A stretch of 64,000 nucleotides of DNA from Octopus vulgaris (lineage: Eukaryota): positions 7,936,001 to 8,000,000 of the forward strand of contig OX597821.1 in the NCBI GenBank assembly GCA_951406725.2. Reading direction: 5' to 3'. The notes beneath the pieces were generated by a model that worked only from the letters and a program-made list of their open reading frames with translations, was not told the origin of the DNA and made no database searches. Shown here piece by piece: positions 27,791-41,391 of the stretch (positions are counted from its first letter, which is position 1; each line of letters begins with the position of its first letter). The translations under genes were made by a program, and so were the position numbers.

Positions 27791-28915
27791 CTGAAGCAGA
27801 ACTAAAAGAACAGGGATTTCACTGAGGGAAGCAGAAATGACAGGAAATAAATCTATTGATAGCTTAATAGTTTATGCTCCACAGAGAGGAAAGAGCCTAA
27901 GTAAGTGTAATGATTCTGCCAGACAGCTGCCCAAAAATAATAATAATCATCATCATCATCATCGTTTAGCGTCCGCTTTCCATGCTAGCATGGGTTGGAC
28001 GGTTCAACTGGGGTCTGTGAAGCCAGAAGGCTGCACCAGGCCCAGTCTGATCTGGCAGTGTTTCTACGGCTGGATGCCCTTCCTAATGCCAACCACTCTG
28101 TGAGTGTAGTGGGTGCTTTTTACGTGCCACCTGCACAGGTGCCAGACGGAGCTGGCAAACGGCCACGGACGGATGGTGCTTTTTACGTGCCACCGGCAAT
28201 AATAATAATAATAATAATAATAACAATAATCCTTTCTACTATAGGCACAAAGCGTGAAATTGTGGGGGGGGGGCTAGTCGAGTACATTGACCCCAGTGCA
28301 TAACTGATACTTATTTCATTGGCCCCAAAAGGATGAAAGGCAAAGTCAACCTTGTCGGAACTTGAACTCAATAAGACTGACAAAATGACACAAAGCACTT
28401 TGTCCACTGTGCTAATGATTCTGTTAGTTGGCCACCTTAAATAATAATGATGATGGTTTCAAATTTTGGCACAAGGCCAGCAATTTTGGGGTTGGGGTTT
28501 GACACTAGTGTTCAACTTGTACTCATTGGCCCTGAACGAATGAAAGGTAAAATCAACCTTGGCAGAATTTGAACTCAGAATGTAAAAACGGACAAAAAGT
28601 TGCTCAGCAGTTTGCCTAGTACTCTCATGATTCTGCCAGCTCACTACCTTAATAATAATAAGAATCCAAGACATTTCATTTGATGTTGTAACCGTAACTC
28701 AGACTTATAGTAAAGATGAAATGGGATGTAGTGTTGTTCATGCCTGTTCCAGGAGTATTATTATTACTAATACCCAATAAATAAGACCTTCATGCATGAA
28801 TGGCCAAAAGGATGGCTATTGGCTATCTAGCTATGAAACATTCTGGAAAAAGAAAATAAAACAAAAACCATACAAATGTTGAAATTTGCAGATGTAGCCA
28901 AACTCAGAGAAGCAT

Positions 28916-28966
<51 letters not shown>

Positions 28967-29082
28967 TCTTGCTTAGTCATAACCAAAATGTAAAAATTCT
29001 AAGAGATTATGATGATTTTTGTTTTTTCTCTCATGAATACTATAATCAATCACACACACATTACACATACATATATGTATAT

Positions 29083-29135
<53 letters not shown>

Positions 29136-29459
29136 TACACTCACAAACATACATTTATATACACATATATACATCCATTCATTCATATACGCATACAATA
29201 CACGTATATGCATATATGCCTCTATGTGGAAACTCAATTTCTTAGAAACAACAGCCAAGTCGACCCCGAATTTCAACCCAATCATCTTACAATAGGAATG
29301 ACGACGTACAAAGTAGTCGGGATGAACCAAGGATTTGGCCAGGGCTAAACAATAACAACAACAACTAAAGGAAATTCCTCTGAGATCTGCTAGTGCCCAA
29401 CACATCATGGACACACTCTTATCGATTAATTCACACATAGCTCTCTCTCTCTCTCTCTC

Positions 29460-29495
<36 letters not shown>

Positions 29496-30617
29496 ATGCG
29501 TGCATACGTCTGGCATGGCTGCACACAGTTGGGAGTGCAGTGGTGTTGTCAGATGCCTCGTTGAAGATGGGTTTAGACAAAGCTGAATTATTCTTGGTTA
29601 TACATTCACTACCATCGATAGTTTTCAATCGATAGAATTCAGGATTTAATTCTTCTGCTACTAACCAACCACCCAAACGCAATAACGTCCACAGCGAATC
29701 GAGTACGCGTTACGCTGGTTCGTTTCCTGGCTGAAGTCCGTTTCGTTACGCTTGCCGTCTTTTCGGGAAAGGCATGATTGCTACACAATCTATGTCCACC
29801 ATACTATGCACACAATAGTTCTTAGATTGTGTGGAATTACGATAATAAAAGAAAATGGACAGTGGTGAATCATAATGTTAAGTTCTTTCTCTGCAAATAA
29901 TAAAACCGAAGAACAGTTTCGCTTACGGTGTGTGCCGTTTAAAGGTTGTGAAAGGCATGAGAATCACAACTTCCCGTCTCTGTTACCACTGAATGTCTCA
30001 GTAATCATACATGTGAGTAATTCAGGCGTAAATCATGAGGCTGTCTAGCCGTGTCATTGAAGATATCACTAATATTAAAAGTAAAACTGAGGTGGTGGTG
30101 AGAAATCGCGTACCTTTAAATCAAGATTCTTTGTCGTGTCTTCAAATAAAATGACGTTTAAAAAAATGGTATGAATGAAAGATTTACTCTAACAACAAAA
30201 CCAACGAAATAGTTTGTGTTCTCGCGACGTGCTAGAAATAGCAGCAACATTCTTTCAAATTACATCGTACGTCTTAAAGAAGGAAAGAGACAGTGTGTTA
30301 GTGTAAAAGTCGTGGGTGGAACGTCTTTGATAATAAGCAGGTCTCCTCAGTTAGAGATGACATGGGGTTAAACAACAGATAACATAAAAAAACGGACACT
30401 TCCGTAGATTAAGCAACATCCACTACACTAACATACCAGAAGAAAAAAATGTCACAGTTTAAAGTAAGTTGGTCCTTCACGAAAATGATCTTTCTTTCTA
30501 CCAGACTATAAAATAACAACAACAACAGGAATAAATTAAATTTTTAAAACAAACAATTATCAAATAATAAATATACATAAAAAAAAATGTAAGAAACCAG
30601 TGTATATTCATTCTCAC

Positions 30618-30634
30618 CCGTTGTCGACTGCCAT
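30618..30634 (-). CDS. Candidate alternative first coding exon of KIFAP3 (MAVDN-G)
   Basis: ATG GCA GTC GAC AAC GG|gtgaga: phase-2 donor, in frame with exon 2. Lies in non-repetitive, CpG-retaining sequence next to a GA/CT tract. Confidence 0.5.
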
Positions 30635-31021
30635 GGGTAGTGAAGAAGCGAGAGAAGAGAAAACATACCCCGAGTGGAGATGATAACGTGAATGAACAGT
30701 AACAGAATAGAGTAAGAGAGAGAGGGAAGGAGAAAGAGAGAGAGCGTGAGGAGAGAAGAGAGAGAGAGCAGAGAAAGAGAGAGGGAGGGGCACGGCGGGA
30801 GAAAGTAGATAGATACTTAGCAGAACTGTGAAATGATCTTGTCTGAGTCATACCCAAAGGGCACTATTTAGTGACGGCCGTAGTATTGTAGGTGTATGTT
30901 ACGCATATATAGATTGTTTTGCGGCCTGGTTCATGTGCAAAACACTAGTGTGAGTGTGTGTGCATATGTGTGTATAAATATATGTGCGTGAGCATGTGCA
31001 CACACTGAGACGCACACGCAC

Positions 31022-31076
<55 letters not shown>

Positions 31077-32835
31077 AAAACACTATATAATTAGACAAAT
31101 TTTATGACTTAACAAAGGAAAAGTAGAGAAAATTAATTGCCTGTTTATATATATATAATTGGGCAGAGTACAGAAGCTTGTTTAAGCACGAGGATGCAGT
31201 TGTGGGGGTGGTGGGCATGTCGTTTCGCTGTCTAAAGGACATTGGAAAGAGTAAGATGTAAACACAAGAAACCGGAAGGGGTGTGTGTGTGTGTGTATAC
31301 ATACATACATACACACACACAGTCTGAATGCGTATGTAGATAGCATTACTGATAAATTCGCTTAGTGTATAGGTCGTGTGTGTGTGTGCGCGTATGATGT
31401 GTATATGTATGTAGGCCTGTATGTGTGTATGTATGCATGTGAGTACGGTGCATGTATGTATATGTGTATGTATGTTTGTGAGTGCGAGTGGGTAGGTGTG
31501 TAATGCAGCATCCACATTGCTTTCATCATGACCGAATGTTTTTACATTATCTTCAACATGGAGCAGTTCTGAGTTCAAATTTGATTTGTTTCCCACTCTA
31601 ACCTCTCAAATATGTGAACACTGATAAATAAGTACCAGTAATATAATGAACTGATTTACTTCATTGTGTTCCCTTCCCCATATCCTTATAAATGTCGACC
31701 CAATGTCAATTTAGCTCAGGCATGTGCAAATGTTTTCAAGAAGCAGGTTGCATGAGACTTATTCCATCATCAGGTGGGCATTACTGTATATATATATATA
31801 CATATAACATTTCAACAAGTTCTGTTTTCTTTCCCTAACCCCACCCAACTCATTGCCCACCATGTTTTCAGGTTTTGTTGCTTGCTTGATGAAACATCCA
31901 TAGTGAGAACTTTTGACAGAGACAAAGTGAGTGAGCAAGCTCCTAATGTGTATGTATTCAAACATATGCACATACACGTACACACACGTACACACATCTT
32001 TCTATTGTAACCCAAAGCCTACTTGGAATTATAGTAGATTGTTATTGTATTGCTACAACATAGGTTTGAAATGCTCTCTCGACAATGAAATCACCATCAT
32101 CATTGAATTGAAGCAAATCTTCCAGCACTTCGACTTTAATGCTTGTAGCAAGGATTTGAACCCTAACTGATAGATACTCAGTTAAACACCATGACTGAGC
32201 CACCACAGTTTCATGTTATTGATCTATAAACTAACCACTCGGTGTGAAGTTGGCTTGGATGTTCTAGAATTCACCCTCTTGTTGCCCATATAAACTGATT
32301 GGTATCTAATTCATAAGGTAGAATGAGGAGAGCAGCCAAGTGATTCATATGCCTTACCTCTTACCAGGTAGATGACCTCTGACACTCAAGCAGACATCTT
32401 CGGACTTTGTGCAGTTAGACCGATTCTGAACACTCACACAATGTCTTATAAGTAGCTTCTATGGACGTAGTGAAGCTTTTCTCTCCTTCCATTTGGGAAT
32501 TAATATTTTTCATTGTAAATAGTCAACATCAAATAATCCGGCAATAAATATTTGAGTTAAATGTCTGTGAATTTGCTTCAGTTATTCTTTACAGCTGTTT
32601 CCTGGCAAAGAAAGGTCCAGCAACAATACATTCTCTGTGACACAAGCACCAACACTATGACATGCTTAATGTTACTTAACTACTTGTTCAAATTCCAGAG
32701 TCAATTTTATTTTTTATCCTTTGGGAGTAGATAAAATAAAATAAAAAAATCAACTGTTGGGACTGTTTAAATTGGTTGCATCCCTTCCCCAGCAATGCAT
32801 GTAACCTCTTGCTGGAGATGTCTAATAGCATAGAG

Positions 32836-32887
32836 ATGTGGTGCTGATGAAAGAACAAGAACTCCTGAAATGTGCATATACACCCAT
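32836..32887 (+). ncRNA. Type I hammerhead ribozyme motif (Penelope-like), partly decayed stem II
   Basis: atg(t)GGTG-CTGATGA-aagaacaagaactcct-GAAA-tgtgcata-TA-CACCcat. Stem I GGTG/CACC, intact core, self-complementary stem III ATGTGCATAT, AUA triplet. Confidence 0.65.
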
Positions 32888-34189
32888 TACCTAATTTTCT
32901 ATCTTTGCATTGTTTACACTTTCATAACTGGCTCTAACTTCTATAGAAAATTTGTAAAGATAACTTTTTAGATTTGTCTTAAGTAGTGTTTCTCAAATAA
33001 GAACGTAATACCCCTCCCACTTTAGGCCTTAATTTAAATTAGCCCAAAGTCAACCAAAACCAGTCTTCAATAACCTTTGGCTGATCAAAACCTAGGTGCA
33101 GGAATGGTTGCGTGGTTAAGAAGTACGCTTCCCAGCCATGTGGTTTCAGGTTCAATCCTATTAAATGGCACCAGGGGCAAGTGTCTTCTACTAAGTCCTA
33201 GGCTAACCAAAACCTCATGAGTGGATTTGGTAGACAAAAAATGAAAGAAGCTTGTTGTAATTTATCTTTTACTTGTTTCAGTCATTGGACTGCGACCAAG
33301 CTTGGGCACTGCCTCAAAGGGTTTAGTCAAAGAATTCAACCCTAGTATTTACTTTTTAAATTTGACAAAAGAGACCAAAAGAATAAGTGTCAAGTGTATA
33401 AAACTGTTGAGATGACCCTACATTCCAAGGGACAGGTTTTTTTTTTTTCTCCCATCATCTGTATTAAGTCTCCAAAGTAAAGCATAAAGATGAAGATTCC
33501 AATCATCATCATCCTTGTAATGTCCACTTTTCCATGATAGCATGTGTCAGATGGAATACGTTTAGGCAGATTTTCTACAACTGGATGCTCTTCAACCCCA
33601 AAACGATGAAAGGCAAAGTTGATCTCAGCAGTATTTGCACTCAGAACATAAAGATGGATGAAATGCCACTAAGCATTTTGCTCAGCGTGCCAACAATTCT
33701 GCCAGTTCGCCACCTTGAATAATAATAGCAATAATCCATGCTGGTATGGATTGGATGGTTTGACTAAGGACTGGCAAACGAGGAGGCTGCACCCGGCTCC
33801 AATCAGAAACCTTGCAGGTCAGTTTGGAGACTGGTGCAGCCTCCTGGCTTGCCAGTCCTCAGTCAAGCAGTCTAACCCATGCCAGCATGGAAAGCGGATG
33901 TTAAACAATGATGATGATGAATGTGATGAGCAAGGGTGGCAAGCTAGCATGTGCTCAGTGGCATTTTGTCTGTCTTTACGTTCTCAGTTCAAATTCTGTC
34001 AAGGTTGATTTTGCCTTTCATCCTTTCGGGGTCAATAAAATAAGTACCAGCTGAACACTCAGATGATGCAATCGCCTTACCCTCTCCCCAAAATTTCTGG
34101 CCTTGTGCCAAAATTTGAAATCAATAATGTGGTAAGCTGGCAGAATCACTGAAGAATTCACAAAATACCTTGCAGTGTTTCTTCTGGCA

Positions 34190-34590
34190 CTCTTTACTCT
34201 TTTACTTGTTTCAGTCATTTGACTGCGGCCATGCTGGAGCACCGCCTTTAGTCGAGCAAATCGACCCAGGGACTTATTCTTTGTAAGCCCAATACTTATT
34301 CTATCGGTCTTTTTTGCCGAACCGCTAAGTGACGGGGACGTAAACACACCAGCATCGGTTGTCAAGCAATGCTAGGGGGACAAACACAGACACACAAACA
34401 CACATATATATATATATACATATATACGAGAGGCTTCTTTCAGTTTCCGTCTACCAAATCCACCCACAAGGCATTGGTCGGCCCGGGGCTATAGCAGAAG
34501 ACACTTGCCCAAGATACCACGCAGTGGGACTGAACCCAGAACCATGTGGTTGGTTAGCAAGCTACTTACCACACAGCCACTCCTGCGCCT
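34190..34590 (-). mobile_element. tRNA-derived SINE family A, full length
   Basis: Near-identical to 7377-7769. Confidence 0.9.
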
Positions 34591-35352
34591 ATACATTCTA
34601 TACACTGTACATTCTGAATTAAAATCTTGCAGAGGTCAACTTTGCCTTCCATCCTTTCAGGGTGGATAAAATAAAGTAGGTCGTGTACCGAGATCAATGT
34701 AATCCACTTACCCCTTCCCCCTCCATATTACTGGCTTTGTGCCTTTATCATCATTCTCATCATAAAACAAGGCATATAAAGCAATATTTATAGAGCTGTA
34801 AAAATGCAAAATTCTAATGTTCAAGTCACTGAAAACAATTTGTAAAGCAGCTCCAATTAGAGTAATTAATTCCAATGATTTATTATTTCTTTCTCACCAC
34901 CACCACCACCACCGCTGCCACCACGCCACCGCTGCCACCCTCGGCACCAGTTTAGATATGTTTTGCTCAGTACTTAACTGTCTCACCATGACATGTACAG
35001 TGATGATGATGATGATGATGATGATATAAGCCAAAGAGAATTAGGTACTTGAAACTCTGATGATGATGATGATGATGATGACAACTGCAAGTAAATTAAG
35101 GTTAGAAATGCTGTCAATGAGGAAATGTGATCTAAAGTAACACCCACACACTATCAATGCAACATCTACATGCCCTTACTGTCTCCTCCTCCTCCTCTTT
35201 ATCCCCCTCCCCCTACTCCTACTACTACTACTACTACAAGCCTCTCATGTTATAAGCTCATGCTTCTTTGTATATTATTTACATTAGCAAAATAGTAGTC
35301 AATGAATTGGTTCTACTAAATAGGGAAGAGTCTGCGTTTATGTGTGTGTGTG

Positions 35353-35616
35353 TATGGAGTTAAAGGGGTGGATGCTACATGAGTGTGTGTGTGTATGTAT
35401 ATATGTATATATATATGTGTGTGTGTATGGAGTTAAAGGGGTGGATGCTACATGAGTGTGTGTGTGTATGTATATATATGTGTGTGTGTGTGTATGGAGT
35501 TAAAGGGGTGGATGCTACATGAGTGTGTGTGTGTGTGTATGTATATATATATGTGTGTGTGTGTGTATGGAGTTAAAGGGGTGGATGCTACATGAGTGTG
35601 TGTGTGTATGTATATA

Positions 35617-35682
<66 letters not shown>

Positions 35683-35706
35683 GAGTTAAAGGGGTGGATG
35701 CTACAT

Positions 35707-35709
<3 letters not shown>
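35353..35709. repeat. Compound minisatellite: 5 identical 31-bp cores separated by variable (TG)/(TA) tracts
   Basis: tatggagttaaaggggtggatgctacatgag at 35353, 35426, 35493, 35566 and 35679. Confidence 0.95.
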
Positions 35710-35750
<41 letters not shown>

Positions 35751-36059
35751 TCAGTTGCTTTTCCTCTCTCGTTTTTTTCTTTAATTACCAGTTACATATC
35801 AGGATTAGTTCAACATGATTACCTGCAAAATTAGCCTTGTGTCTGAGATGAGTTTCTAAACCTTTCTCTCTACCCCCCCCCCCACACACACACGCTGTAA
35901 AGGTACACAGCCTCACACTGGAAACTGAGAAGAAATGACACGGCACCACTTTTCTCAAGAGCAACAGTGGGACTGAATGAAGCAGTTATTGCAGGATATT
36001 GAAAATGAATCACAATTCATCTCATCACCTAAAAAGAACACACACACAGACAGATATAT

Positions 36060-37277
36060 ACTCTTTTACTAGTTTCAGTCATTTGACTGCGGCCATGCTG
36101 GAGCACCGCCTTTAGTCGAGCAAATCGACCCCGGGACTTATTCTTTGTAAGCCCAATACTTATTCTATCGGTCTCTTTTGCCGAACCGCTAAGTGACGGG
36201 GACGTAAACACACCAGCATCGGTTGTCAAGCAATGCTAGGGGGACAAACACAGACACACAAACATATACACACACACACATATATATACATATATACGAC
36301 AGGCTTCTTTCAGTTTCCGCCTACCAAATCCACTCACAAGGCATTGGTCGGCCCGGGGCTATAGCGGAAGACACTTGCCCAAGATGCCACACAGTGGGAC
36401 TGAACCCGGAACCATGTGGTTGGTTAGCAAGCTACTTACCACATACAAACATGCATGTGTGAGTGTGGGGGGAAGTTGATTTGTTTTTGGCTACACTCTT
36501 CAAGGCAGTGCCCCAGCATGGCCACAGTCCAAAGACTGAAACAAGCAAAAGATGTATACCTACCTACCTACATACCTACATATATATACTCTTACTCTTT
36601 TACTTGTTTCAGTCATTTGACTGCGGCCATGCTGGAGCACTGCCTTTAGTTGAGCAAACTGACCCCAGGACTTATTCTTTGTAAGCCTAGTACTTATTCT
36701 ATCAGTCTCTTTTACCGAACCACTGAGGGATGTAAACATACCAACATTGGTTGTCAAGCGATATTGGGAGTGGGGGGGGGGACAAACACAGACACACAAA
36801 CATATACACACACATACATATATATGTATATATACATATATATGACAGGCTTCTTTCAGTTTCTGTCTACCAAATCCACTCAATTTATATACTCTTTTAC
36901 TTGTTTCAGTCATTTGACTGCGGCCATGCTGGAGCACCGCCTTTAGTCGAGCAAATCAACCCCGGGACTTATTCTTTGTAAGCCCAGTACTTATTCTATC
37001 GGTCTCTTTTGCTGAACCGCTAAGTGACGAGGAGATAAACACACCAGCATCGGTTGTCAAGCAATGCTAGGGGGACAAACACAGACACACAAACAAACAC
37101 ACATACATATATACGACAGGCTTCTTTCAGTTTCCATCTACCAAATCCACTCACAAGGCATTGGTCGGCCCGGGGCTATAGCAGAAGACACTTGCCCAAG
37201 ATGCCACACAGTGGGACTGAACCCGGAACCATGTGGTTGGTTAGCAAGCTACTTACCACACAGCCACTCCTGCGCCT
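36060..37277 (-). mobile_element. Cluster of three SINE family A copies (36060-36441, 36593-36880, 36891-37277)
   Basis: Three tandem minus-strand copies with a small plus-strand 3' fragment between the first two. Confidence 0.88.
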
Positions 37278-38369
37278 ATATATATTTATATAATTTTTTT
37301 TTTAAATCATGCCTGCCCAAATAAGAATTGAACCTATACCTATGCTAAGTGACCAGGTCACTGTACTGACAGCCAGTTGCACTTCAGATAAATTGTAACT
37401 CACCAGCAGTATTGATTAGCAATAAATTACCAAGAGTACAGCAACAACTGATGTTCAAAAAACTTCCGGTAGCGTTGATGTACAATATTTCTAGAAAATG
37501 TATTTAACATCACTTTCTACAACAAATGTAGTGACTGACAACACGACACCTCATGCAGAGCTACCATCAATCATTGATTTCAAGTAATTCCACCAATGAG
37601 GGGGCCTCTATATGGTTACTCAACCCTTCCATATATATATGCGTGTGTGTGTGTGTGAGTGTATGTATATATATATATGTGTGTGAGAGTGTATGTATAT
37701 ATATATATATGTGTGTGTGTGTGTATATATATATATGTTTGATTTGCCTAATAGTGGTTTTATCTCTAATTTAATATAATATAATATAATATAATATAAT
37801 ATATTTATACTATAAAATTGGATTTAATCCTAAATCTGATTTTTCCCTGTAAGTTTGGATTTATTCCCTAAAATTTTATTATATATATATATATATATGT
37901 ATGTATTATTTCCTACAACACATTTATTAAGTTAAATATTTAATCTTTAAGGTAAAAAAATAGAAAAATGTATTTATCTTTGAAGATATAATTTGGCTTT
38001 TAAAAAACTATATATATATATATGTATATATAGCAGCCAAATCTCTGAAATGACACTCTGCTATCTTAAATAAATACAGTAGTCCTAGAAATACCGCTAA
38101 AAAACTGAATGGTCACAGTTGAAATATCTTTATGTCTGCTTGACCATCTGCATGGCAGAATCATAGTGGTATTTAGTCATGGCCTTTTATGTTCTGAGTT
38201 CAAAACCTACCTATATCAATGTTGCTTCTCATCCTTTTGGAGGGATGAAAAAATATGTACTACCTATGTACTTGGATTCATATTCCTTATAATGTGGAAT
38301 CATAATAGATGTGTCAAGGGTTGACTTCATGTTCAACAACAACATCAATCTTACAAATGAATTAGCAAG

Positions 38370-38570
38370 GAAAGCTCTATGTGGTCACTTGATTTGTTAA
38401 AAATACCAGTAAAATCTTCCTCAAATCATACCCTGCTGTTTAAAAAAAATGGAGAAGAAAGACACATTAGATAATATAATTCTTTGTATACAAAAAGACA
38501 GGATGGCCATGGCTGTAACACTTCTGATTATGAGAGGTCTGCTCAATCAGAGTGACAAAGGACTAAACAA
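38370..38570 (+). mobile_element. Old dispersed repeat family D (ctctatgtggtcact..gctagaaatagcagccaaa..ggatggtcatggctggaa)
   Basis: Diverged copies also at about 30200-30375, 50610-50870, 57630-57830, 58780-58980, 59140-59360 and on minus at about 60470-60720. Unclassified. Confidence 0.6.
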
Positions 38571-39333
38571 TCTATCTTCATCCTCACCATTCTCATCAGT
38601 ATTTTATACTTTTGTTTCCATGCTAGCATGAGTTAGACAATTCTTCTGAAGTACTGATTTACAGCCAGATACTCTTCCTGTTGTTAACCCTTCTGGCTAT
38701 CTCTTACGATATGCAGAGATGCTGTGTTCCCATACCAAAACATGGATACAACAAGGGTAAACAATACCAGTCATGAGGAATAAACAAATATATCTAAAGG
38801 AAAAACCCCCATTTACACTTTTGTCGTGTGGTGAGAAGCTTGCTTCCTAACTACATGGTTCCGGGTCCAGTCCTTGGGCTGACCAAAGCCTTGTGAGTGG
38901 ATTTGATAGATGGAAACTGAAAAGAAGCTTGTCATATATACATGTGTATGTGAGTGTGTGTGTATGTGCATGTCTTCGTGTCTGTGTTTGACCACCATCA
39001 CTGCTTGACAACTAGTGTTGGTGTTTATGTCCTGTAACTTAGCAGTTTGGCAAGAGACTGAAAGAATAAGTACAAGGCTTAAAAAAAAGTCCTAGGGTCG
39101 ATTTGTACAACTAAAACCCTTCAAGGTGGTGCCCCAGGATGTCTACAGTCAAATGACTGAAACAAGTAAAATATAAAAGATATTACTGATTAAAATATTG
39201 GATTCTAACTTTGGCACAAAGATATGAATTATTGAGAGAGAAAAGATATTATAATGATCAACATCATTTAAAGTGTACTTTTCCAAGCTGACATGGGTTC
39301 GAGGAAATTACTGATGCAGTTTTTTTATTGCAC

Positions 39334-41150
39334 GGTGTTCTTGTTGCTAACCCCTCATTTCTCCAAGTAAGCTACTAATTCCCCTGGTCTTTTGAACAGA
39401 CAACAGTTCAAAGGTGTTCTCGTTGCTAACCCCTCATTTCTCCAAGTAAGCTACTAATTCCCCTGGTCTTTTGAACAGACAACAGTTCAAAGGTGTTCTC
39501 GTTGCTAACCCCTCATTTCTCCAAGTAAGCTACTAATTCCCCTGGTCTTTTGAACAGACAACAGTTCAAAGGTGTTCTTGTTGCTAACCCCTCATTTCTC
39601 CAAGTAAGCTACTAATTCCCCTGGTCTTTTGAACAGACAACAGTTCAAAGGTGTTCTTGTTGCTAACCCCTCATTTCTCCAAGTAAGCTACTAATTCCCC
39701 TGGTCTTTTGAACAGACAACAGTTCAAAGGTGTTCTTGTTGCTAACCCCTCATTTCTCCAAGTAAGCTACTAATTCCCCTGGTCTTTTGAACAGACAACA
39801 GTTCAAAGGTGTTCATGTTGCTAACCCCTCATTTCTCCAAGTAAGCTACTAATTCCCCTGGTCTTTTGAACAGACAACAGTTCAAAGGTGTTCTTGTTGC
39901 TAACCCCTCGTTTCTCCAAGTAAGCTACTAATTCCCCTGGTCTTTTGAACAGACAACAGTTCAAAGGTGTTCTTGTTGCTAACCCCTCATTTCTCCAAGT
40001 AAGCTACTAATTCCCCTGGTCTTTTGAACAGACAACAGTTCAAAGGTGTTCTTGTTGCTAACCCCTCGTTTCTCCAAGTAAGCTACTAATTCCCCTGGTC
40101 TTTTGAACAGACAACAGTTCAAAGGTGTTCTTGTTGCTAACCCCTCATTTCTCCAAGTAAGCTACTAATTCCCCTGGTCTTTTGAACAGACAACAGTTCA
40201 AAGGTGTTCTTGTTGCTAACCCCTCATTTCTCCAAGTAAGCTACTAATTCCCCTGGTCTTTTGAACAGACAACAGTTCAAAGGTGTTCTTGTTGCTAACC
40301 CCTCATTTCTCCAAGTAAGCTACTAATTCCCCTGGTCTTTTGAACAGACAACAGTTCAAAGGTGTTCTCGTTGCTAACCCCTCATTTCTCCAAGTAAGCT
40401 ACTAATTCCCCTGGTCTTTTGAACAGACAACAGTTCAAAGGTGTTCTTGTTGCTAACCCCTCATTTCTCCAAGTAAGCTACTAATTCCCCTGGTCTTTTG
40501 AACAGACAACAGTTCAAAGGTGTTCTTGTTGCTAACCCCTCGTTTCTCCAAGTAAGCTACTAATTCCCCTGGTCTTTTGAACAGACAACAGTTCAAAGGT
40601 GTTCTTGTTGCTAACCCCTCGTTTCTCCAAGTAAGCTACTAATTCCCCTGGTCTTTTGAACAGACAACAGTTCAAAGGTGTTCTTGTTGCTAACCCCTCG
40701 TTTCTCCAAGTAAGCTACTAATTCCCCTGGTCTTTTGAACAGACAACAGTTCAAAGGTGTTCTTGTTGCTAACCCCTCATTTCTCCAAGTAAGCTACTAA
40801 TTCTCCTGGTCTTTTGAACAGACAACAGTTCAAAGGTGTTCTTGTTGCTAACCCCTCATTTCTCCAAGTAAGCTACTAATTCCCCTGGTCTTTTGAACAG
40901 ACAACAGTTCAAAGGTGTTCTTGTTGCTAACCCCTCATTTCTCCAAGTAAGCTACTAATTCCCCTGGTCTTTTGAACAGACAACAGTTCAAAGGTGTTCT
41001 TGTTGCTAACCCCTCATTTCTCCAAATAAGCTACTAATTCCCCTGGTCTTTTGAACAGACAACAGTTCAAAGGTGTTCTTGTTGCTAACCCCTCATTTCT
41101 CCAAGTAAGCTGCTATTTCCTCTAGTCCTTTGAGCAGACAACAGTTCAAA
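39334..41150. repeat. Tandem satellite, 23 x 79 bp
   Basis: Unit ggtgttcttgttgctaacccctcatttctccaagtaagctactaattcccctggtcttttgaacagacaacagttcaaa; 1817 bp = 23 x 79 with no indels; last unit diverged. Confidence 0.98.
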
Positions 41151-41391
41151 TGGCAGGCATGTTTTTAAAAAAATCTTTATTTTAATTTATATGTAGACGA
41201 GGAGTCAATAAGTTTGGTTGTTGTGAAGAATGTAATCAACTGGTGTTGTGACTTATATAACACACTCAATTGAAGAGTTATTACTCAAAATATCAGCTTT
41301 TCCCCTCCACCATAAAAGAAGAATTTATTGACATTAAAAAATTTTTTTGATCTTTTCCTTTTCATGGGCAGCTCAATTAATTAATTTTCTT

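Noticed and set aside
35353-35709. 31-bp direct repeats with variable spacers as CRISPR
   Set aside because: Spacers are pure dinucleotide microsatellite.
39334-41150. CRISPR-like array with hairpin repeats
   Set aside because: Units are contiguous and near-identical with no unique spacers, there are no cas genes, and the context is a eukaryotic intron.
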